Positions 17,078-24,400 of a stretch of 50,222 nucleotides of DNA are shown here, piece after piece (positions within the stretch are counted from its first letter, which is position 1; each line of letters opens with the position of its first letter). The notes beneath the pieces are model-generated. The model worked only from the letters and a program-made list of their open reading frames with translations, did no database searches and was not told the origin of the DNA. This DNA is from a virus (Duplodnaviria; Caudoviricetes), in IMG/VR virus record IMGVR_UViG_3300031658_000011, positions 1-50,222 of that record; one strand, written 5' to 3'. The position numbers and the translations under genes were made by a program.

Positions 17078-18054
17078 CCCAGTTTCAGGGCTATGTTAGA
17101 TGGACTCAAGTGCGTATAGGCCAGCAGCATTTTCAGGTCTTTGTGACCTGTGATTCTTTGGACCTCTACTATTGACAAGTTATGCACTTCAAAGAAACGG
17201 CTTGTGGCTTCGTGCCGTAAGTCGTGTAAGGTCAAACCTTCGATCCCTGCCCGCTTGCATGCCTCTGAAAAATGGTAGGTGGCTATGCTGGGCAAGTGAT
17301 CCCAGACCTTACCCGTCTTGCTTAATATTTCTACTTCTCTCAGCACTCGAATTGCCCGACGGGACAAAGGCACGTCCCTCTTGTCCCCATTTTTGGTCAC
17401 GCTCAAGTGCGCAAAACGCTCTCTATAATTTATTTGCGCAAACTCAAGGCTGCATAACTCTCCCCTTCTCATCGCGGTGTATATAGCCAGACGCACAACA
17501 GGTCGGAGAGAAGGTCTACCGACTACAATCTCCCGCATCAACCGCCGATACTCGCCGTATTGCAGGCGTCTACTCCTGCTATTCGGCACTTTCGGTTTAT
17601 CAACCCCAACCGTCGGGTTAACCAAGTTCTTATAGCCCCATCGGGTAATTGCTTTTGTATAGAGATGGCTGATAACGGCTAGTTTCTTTCGGACTGTCCC
17701 CGGCGAGTTTAACGACTCGTCGGCAAACGCTTGGATGTGGTCGGACGTGATATCGTCTAGCTTATAACCAGCCAACTCGTGCCGCTGCCAGATACGGATG
17801 TTGCACATCTCGCTGGCTACCCCTCTTTTCTTACTTGTAACCTCTTCACCGTAACGCTTTAACGCTTCACCCAGTCTTGGTATGCTTACCCCCAAGGAAC
17901 GGCCTAAGTATTTATCCGCGAGAACGTCATGCTCAAGACCACTGGCGAACGCCTCCGCGTCTCGGCGTGTGGCAAATGTTCTGCTCATACTAGGAGCGTT
18001 CTTGCGCCTGATCTGTGCGCGAAACTTCTTGCCGACCTTGGTTATCGTAGCCAC
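17074..18054 (-). CDS. int: Tyrosine integrase (Rci/shufflon-like subfamily)
   Basis: Catalytic set TAMRRGE, TKNG, HDLRHEA, TGH, AYTH; N-terminal MATI.K.G..FRAQIRRK. Confidence 0.95.
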   Translation of the reverse strand: MATITKVGKKFRAQIRRKNAPSMSRTFATRRDAEAFASGLEHDVLADKYLGRSLGVSIPRLGEALKRYGEEVTSKKRGVASEMCNIRIWQRHELAGYKLDDITSDHIQAFADESLNSPGTVRKKLAVISHLYTKAITRWGYKNLVNPTVGVDKPKVPNSRSRRLQYGEYRRLMREIVVGRPSLRPVVRLAIYTAMRRGELCSLEFAQINYRERFAHLSVTKNGDKRDVPLSRRAIRVLREVEILSKTGKVWDHLPSIATYHFSEACKRAGIEGLTLHDLRHEATSRFFEVHNLSIVEVQRITGHKDLKMLLAYTHLSPSNIALKLG

Positions 18055-18207
18055 CCAGTGCTTCTCCCGTAAAACGTCAGGGATAATACTGCTTTTATTT
18101 GCTTCTAATTACAAGGGGGAATTGAAGATTTAAGGTGAATGCTACGGTATCAGTGGCCTGAGAAATAGGGCGAAATGCACTACTATTGCGGTCGTATGGT
18201 TAAGCGC

Positions 18208-18256
18208 AGCAAGGGTTTCCAGTGATAGCAAGGGTTTCAAGCCCCACTGGATACCC
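18208..18256. other. Candidate attP element
   Basis: Non-coding DNA upstream of int; direct repeat AGCAAGGGTTTC (18208, 18227) and inverted repeat GGGTTTCCAGTG/CACTGGATACCC. Confidence 0.4.
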
Positions 18257-18299
18257 ATTCATACCCCGCGTTACGGAGTCAGTGCTTTTAATTGCTTTT

Positions 18300-18431
18300 T
18301 TAGTAGCCTGACTTCATCTTTTTTGCAGGCTTCTTTTTAGCCGCAGGCTTGTTGTGCGATGCACCCGCCATCACCTTGCCATTTGGCATAGTGTGGGTTG
18401 CTTTTTTCTTCGCGGGTTTTTTAGTTGGCAT
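18300..18431 (-). CDS. 43-aa Lys/Ala/Pro-rich basic peptide, not in ORF track
   Basis: SD GAGG; MPTKKPAKKKATHTMPNGKVMAGASHNKPAAKKKPAKKMKSGY. Confidence 0.7.
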   Translation of the reverse strand: MPTKKPAKKKATHTMPNGKVMAGASHNKPAAKKKPAKKMKSGY

Positions 18432-18453
18432 GCTCTTAACCTCTTAGTAGTAA

Positions 18454-21400
18454 TTAAAACTGATAGGGTTGTGGCCCTTTCCCGTCTTGCTGCTGACCAC
18501 CTTCGTTCATCGCGGCTCGGATCGCCTTCGCCGTTACTGAGTTGCGGATATTGTCGCTGGTCACTTGCATAGTGGGGTTCTTTACGCTGAACCTTCTAAT
18601 GGCCGCTATCGTTTCTCCCGACAGTCCGCCCCCACCATTTATATCTTTCCTCGCCTGTTTCATTAGCGCGTCCCTGCGATCGCCAAGCTTTCTAAGCTTC
18701 GTCATTTCGATCCGGTTCCTAGTGTACTGCAACTGAAGTTCAGTAGGCGAAAAACCCAGAGTCTGCAACGCCAGCTCCCACCCGTTGAACTCATCAGCTT
18801 CTATAAGAGGTAGGTTTTCTGAGTTCGTTGCACCTTCTAGGTTGTATCTAACCGACTTACTGACGTCCCGAACAAACTTAGGCACTACTTTCTCAGCCCC
18901 CTTCCAGTATTCACCCTCTTTAAGCAACTCCTTCGCGTCCATAAACATCCCTAAGACGCCACCAAGAACCGGACCAGCCATTTGCAAACCGAAGTGGGCT
19001 AACTGCTCTCGGCCTTCCTTGCCGTTATCTTGTGGCTGAATAAAGAGACGTAGAATATCTGGCGCGACTCTCAAGCCAACGCTTCCCCCTACCAACACGT
19101 CAGTAGGACCGTCAACGACAATCTGCCCGAGAAGGCTGGCTAACTTTTCGTCCTTGACGGCGTCATTTATCATCAGGTAAACCCCTTCACGCAGCTCGCC
19201 CTCAAAGTCTTTCGGCTCATCCTCGTCCCCAAATAGGTCTTCAAGAAGGTTCCAAATTGTCTTGACTACCGAGTAAACAAAGACGCCTTGGATTCCAGAG
19301 AACAGCATGGATATAGCCACCGACGCGAGGGATCGATTCACCATCTCCCGCTTAACCACCGGATCGGTTTCATCCGATAAGTTAACCGCCACATAGGCGT
19401 CCCGCAAAACACGGAACGACATATTGAGCGCGTACTGTTTGTACTGCCCGATCACTTTTGCGGCTGGGAGTCTGAGAATCCGAGGTCGGCCCGCGTTGCT
19501 ATAGTCGAAGTGTACGTCGAGAGTCACGTTGTATGCGTAGTCCAAGGCCACGTTGTAGTTCTGACCTCCTGCTATTGCCATGCGGAAGGCAACCATCGCA
19601 GTGACTTCTCGGTTAAACACTTCCGCGTTATGGAAGCTTGCCGAAATTCTGTCCACTACGACTCGGCCCATCATTGATCGGTTCATCCCCTCGTCGCTGA
19701 TGCCCGCGAGGTCGTGCGCACGAGTCTTCTCGAAAAGGCTACGCCTGACCATCTCTTGATAAAACTCCAGCTCGACGCCTTTGAGGCTGTCGCTCCAATG
19801 TACCTTCATGTCGTTCTCGAGGAACACAGTCTTGTCTTTAGCTCTCACGGCTATGTTTGCCGCGATGACACCTGAAAACTCGTTTGTCGCCTTGGCGAAT
19901 GCGGCAGCGGTTTTAGAGTAGCCATACCTCGCCCCTATGACGGGTATCCCTACCATCGGAGTCTGGAAAGTGTTTATCAAAGCGGCGGCAGGAGAAACCC
20001 CCAACTGGTAAATAAACCCGAGGCTGGTCAAAGTTGAGGCCCACGGTTTGTTGGTCGGGTTCATCGCCCAGTCAACCCCGTCCTCTATCTCACGGAGAAG
20101 GCGACCAGCAAAAGCAGAGTCTTTCAGAGAATTGGACTCTTCTTTAGCTCGCACCAGCAAACCTCGAATCACATCACCGTGCCGCAACTTTGTAATGTGG
20201 TGAGCGTGGTGCAACGCGATAGAAGAATAGGCCCGCATGGCGTCCTCATCCCAGCCTTTTACCTTGCCCCTGTGAATGGACTGCTTGCGGATCGACATCT
20301 CTGGCAGAGTCTGTAGGTAGAGTTGCCACACCGCATCGGCCAGCTCAAATTGCTCCTTGCGACCTATGCCATCAGCGTTCTGGATAAGCCCCGTTACGGC
20401 GCTGGCGTACTCAGGATCAACTTCTTGGAACGAGCTTTGCTCTTCGTCTTTAACGCCCTTCTTAGAAATCCAAGTCGGATGTTTTTTCTCCATGTCGTTC
20501 TGATACTGAAGTGCTTGCTCGTTAGTCTCAAATATTCGGAACTCTTCGGTCACTTCTTTACCGTCCACCACCGATTTCAGTACCACAAAGTGTTCACCGA
20601 ATCGGGAGAGAGGAAAGTACGGCCCACGCACTTCGTTGCTTTCAAACGCTATCCGTAACTTGTCAGCCATAGCAGTACGGACTGTCTCGGACATCTCAGC
20701 TCGTTCGATGCGGTCGGCCAGCTCTTTGTGCATGGCACTGCGCTGCCGTCCGTATTCATCCCTGACTCTGTTGTACAGGTCTTTTGCTTCCTTAGATAAC
20801 GCAGAGTACCGAGAGTCGAGTCCCGCCTGCGCGTTCTTGCGCGTCACCTCGTCAGCTCTCTTCTGTTCTAGGGCTTTAAGAAGCCCGCTGTAACGCAGCC
20901 TCTGATCGGCAGTCCCAGCGGAGCGCATCTTAGTAGAGAGCCGCGTCTTCTCTTTGAAGTATTCTTTCTCGGTGAGTATCGACTTGTATGGCGCAGACGG
21001 GTCGTAGCCCACCAGCGTCGTGTCGTGCATTAAAGTGTGTAGTTTGCTCGCCATCTTCCTGTTCTTGCGCGCCCAGCGATGCCATATATTAAGCACCTCG
21101 CCAGCGTCAGACAGTATCTGGTTACGGTCTGCGTCCATCTGCTCCGCCTGTCGGATCACTTTAGCCGCAGTGGGCATTTCCTCGGGGATTATTTCTGCGA
21201 GCGCACGTCGAGGCAGAAGCGACAACAGGGATGGCCGTTGAGAGATCATCCGCTGGAATCGGTTTTGCGTGTTTGCTGTAGTGGGTAAACGCCCGCCTCT
21301 GCCCTCGGAGTCAATAGACCCTAAGAGATCGGCCAAGCCTTCTAGCCCTGACTGCTCCGTGTCGTTGCGACGGGAGCCGAGTATGTCAGAGTCTAGCTGT

Positions 21401-24400
21401 CCTGCTCTCCCTCGGGCTGAAGCTCGACGGGTAGGTTTGACATCTCCTCGGGATCGGTTAGAAGCTCCTGTATCTCTTCCTCCGACCTGTCTGGGTACGC
21501 CATCGTCATATACATCGCGGCTGTAAGTGCCATTTGCCTTCCGATCATTACGTCCAGAATCGGATCGGGATGCCCATCCGGGTACATCTCCTTTAGTTTT
21601 TGCGAGTCCATAAGCTTCTTTCCTCACTTTAGCGAGGGTCATTTTACCCTCGGCAAATTGTTTCCACAAGGCGTTTATTTTTAGGAGGTTGACTGATTCC
21701 GTGTCCTTAAACTTCTTGGGATAAATGACGCGAATCTCCTCCCATGTAATGCTTTGCAGCTCACGCGGTAGCAGCCCTAACTCGGCAGCCGCTTCTCGAT
21801 AGGCGTCGGCTACGATGCCGTATATTCCGCCTATGCCATTTGATTTTGAACTCCCTGCGCCTGCACGTTCTACCCCTTCTGGTATGCCACGCAAGCCTTT
21901 TACGGGAGTACCGCCAAAGACGTGAGCGACCTCATAACTCTTTGCCGACAAGGGCTTGAACACCGCCGCCGCCATTGCGTGGGTGTCAATAGTCACCTCA
22001 CCCAGATTACTGTTGGGTGCGATAATGTTGTTGTAAAAGTTTCTGACCTTGTGCGCGCCGCCCAGACTCATCGACACCGATTCCAGTGACCCGTCTTGCA
22101 ACACCCTCATCGCCTTGGCGATCTCAGTGAACGAACCCCACGCAACAGACGAGGGTGTAACACCGTCGTCGTTCATCGCAAGCCCAATGATTTCGCCTGT
22201 TGGCTTCATCATGCGGTACTGGCGAGAGTGCTTCGCTTCGTCGTACATGCGTACCCAGATCGAGACAGCAAGGTTGCCATCACGTTCGGAGACGAGAGAC
22301 CTCACGTCAGACAGCTTGGCGTTTTTAATCAAGCCCCATATCTCACGGTATTCTCGTGTCTGGGCTACCTTATCGGATTCACCCTTCCGTGGGTTTTTGC
22401 TGACTATGATCAGCTTGCCTTTGTCGTCCCGCATCACGACGCGGTTAAACGCTTTGTCCATGTCCTTGTCTGCGGTCGCGTCTTGGCGGTAGGTATGGAT
22501 GTCCATGATCCGCTCGGCCAGAGACATATTCATAAACCAGTCTTTTTGTGGTGACAAGTTAGCAATAACAGCAGCCACCTGTCTCGACTCTAACCCATAC
22601 CGAGCAGACCAGATGTCTACGTTCTTGCGCGCGCCGTCGTACCACTTGCGGGCAGTCTCTCTAAGGTTGGGGTCCATCTGATTGTGCAGCCAGATCAGGT
22701 TCTTCACCATGAACTGCTTGAACTCGTTGATGGTCTCTTCCGCAGTCAGGTCTGACCGAGAAGGGGTAAAGAAGTCGTAGCCCTCAATAGTTTTCTTTTG
22801 TGTTTTAGCGACTTTTTCAACGGACAGTATACGGTCAACGCCTATCGAATATTCTTCGGGCGCACCTGTAATATAGTAGGGTACTTTGTTTTTCATCCCT
22901 GACGGCAACGACGTCTGGACGCGATCCTCACCACCCTTAACCTTGTTAGGTCGCACAGCCTGATAAGGTCTGCCTGTCTTACCAATGGGTGCTTTGCGCG
23001 ACGCCAGTATGTCGCTACTGTCTGAGTTGTCAGGGTCAAAGGCTGCATAAGCAGATCGGATGTTCGACTCTCTGCCGGGGAAAGTTACGACGTGTACGGT
23101 GTCGCTGTCCACCCCGTCCATACTGCCGCCATAGCGTCGGGCCGTTCCGAACTTAGTATTTACCGTGTAGTCAAGAACGCCATCGAAACCAAGATTCTTT
23201 AACACCTGCGAGGATATTTCACCCGGAGAAATCATCTCACCTGAATCGTTCTCCAATGCCCCCAGTGACCGAATCGCGGAGTCTATTTCTGTTACGACGA
23301 GGGCGTTATCGGTGATGTCATCCTGTAGCGCCTCCATTACCTCGCCAATAGAATCCGGGCTGATGTACAGGTCTGTGTCCCTGAGAGCATCTTGTATCTT
23401 TGCGTACAGAGATTCGTCCGAGTCAGCCGACAGCTCATCGGCGTACTCAACCAAGGCGTCGTCAAAGGCGTCCTCGTCTTCGTAGTCGTCCCGGTTCAAT
23501 TCATCTCGGGCATCCTCGGTAAAGTCTTTACCATAGATAAAACTTTGGCTGCGCCCGTCGGGGTTGCGGCCGGGGCCACTATCGACCACTGCGTAGTTCC
23601 CAGTCTTTATTTTCAGCGGGTACACGACGCCTTTCTTCGCTGGGCCTAACAGTCTGTCGGAAGCGATTTTCCAATGAGCCGCGTCCATATCCCCAGAGTA
23701 TTCCTCCAAGGGGATGCTGGCCTGCTCAAGAATTTGATCCCTTTCAAAGTCATTATAATCCATGACCTGTGCTATGTTCTCGGCTTCTAGCTCTATTCGA
23801 GCCGTCAAGTCAGGGCCAATTCCTGCGTAGTTTTCATTAACATCCTCGATGCTAGTGCTGGCGTAGGAAGCCTTGCCCCAATCTCCGTCCGGGCGGGCGC
23901 GATCACCGTCAAACGCCACGATGTCAAACGTGCTGCCAGAGAAAACTTCCATGTCGAAGCCTTGCTCCTCGGCTCGGGCGTCTCTCGCTTCTTTTGTCAT
24001 GCCCTCTTTGCCAAACTTCGCGGTGGCCGCAGTCCACTTCTCAGTGCCGCGACTCTCTTGGCCTAACGCTGTACGCGACGCCAGTATGTCGCTACTGTCA
24101 AAACTATTACCGTCAAACTCCGCATTAACAGATCGAATGTTAGCTGAATCAAAGACGGCTATGTTTGTGTATTTCTTACTGCGGGCGTCCCAGTCCGTTT
24201 CAAAATCCCAGTAGGAGTCAAACCCAGCGGCTTTAATGTCTTCCGCGCCACCCTCTAAAGTGCTGTAGTCTCTCGACGCAGCGGGGGTAAGGCCGAGTAT
24301 CTTTCTATGGGAGGGCTTGTTTATATCAAAAGTGTTTTCAACTTTTATGTAGACTGGGTAAATGGTCGGAGCGTCGTCAGGCGAAGTTGCCCACCCCCCA

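Noticed and set aside
17074-18054. Shufflon (Rci) inversion system
   Set aside because: No inverted sfx-like sites or opposite-strand alternative C-termini near the fibre or the giant gene; the adjacent xis points to an ordinary integrase
18232-18258. tRNA 3'-end fragment (TTCAAGCCCC...CCCA) as the att core
   Set aside because: The T-stem does not pair and the CCA spacing is off by one; no tRNA gene recognised anywhere in the window
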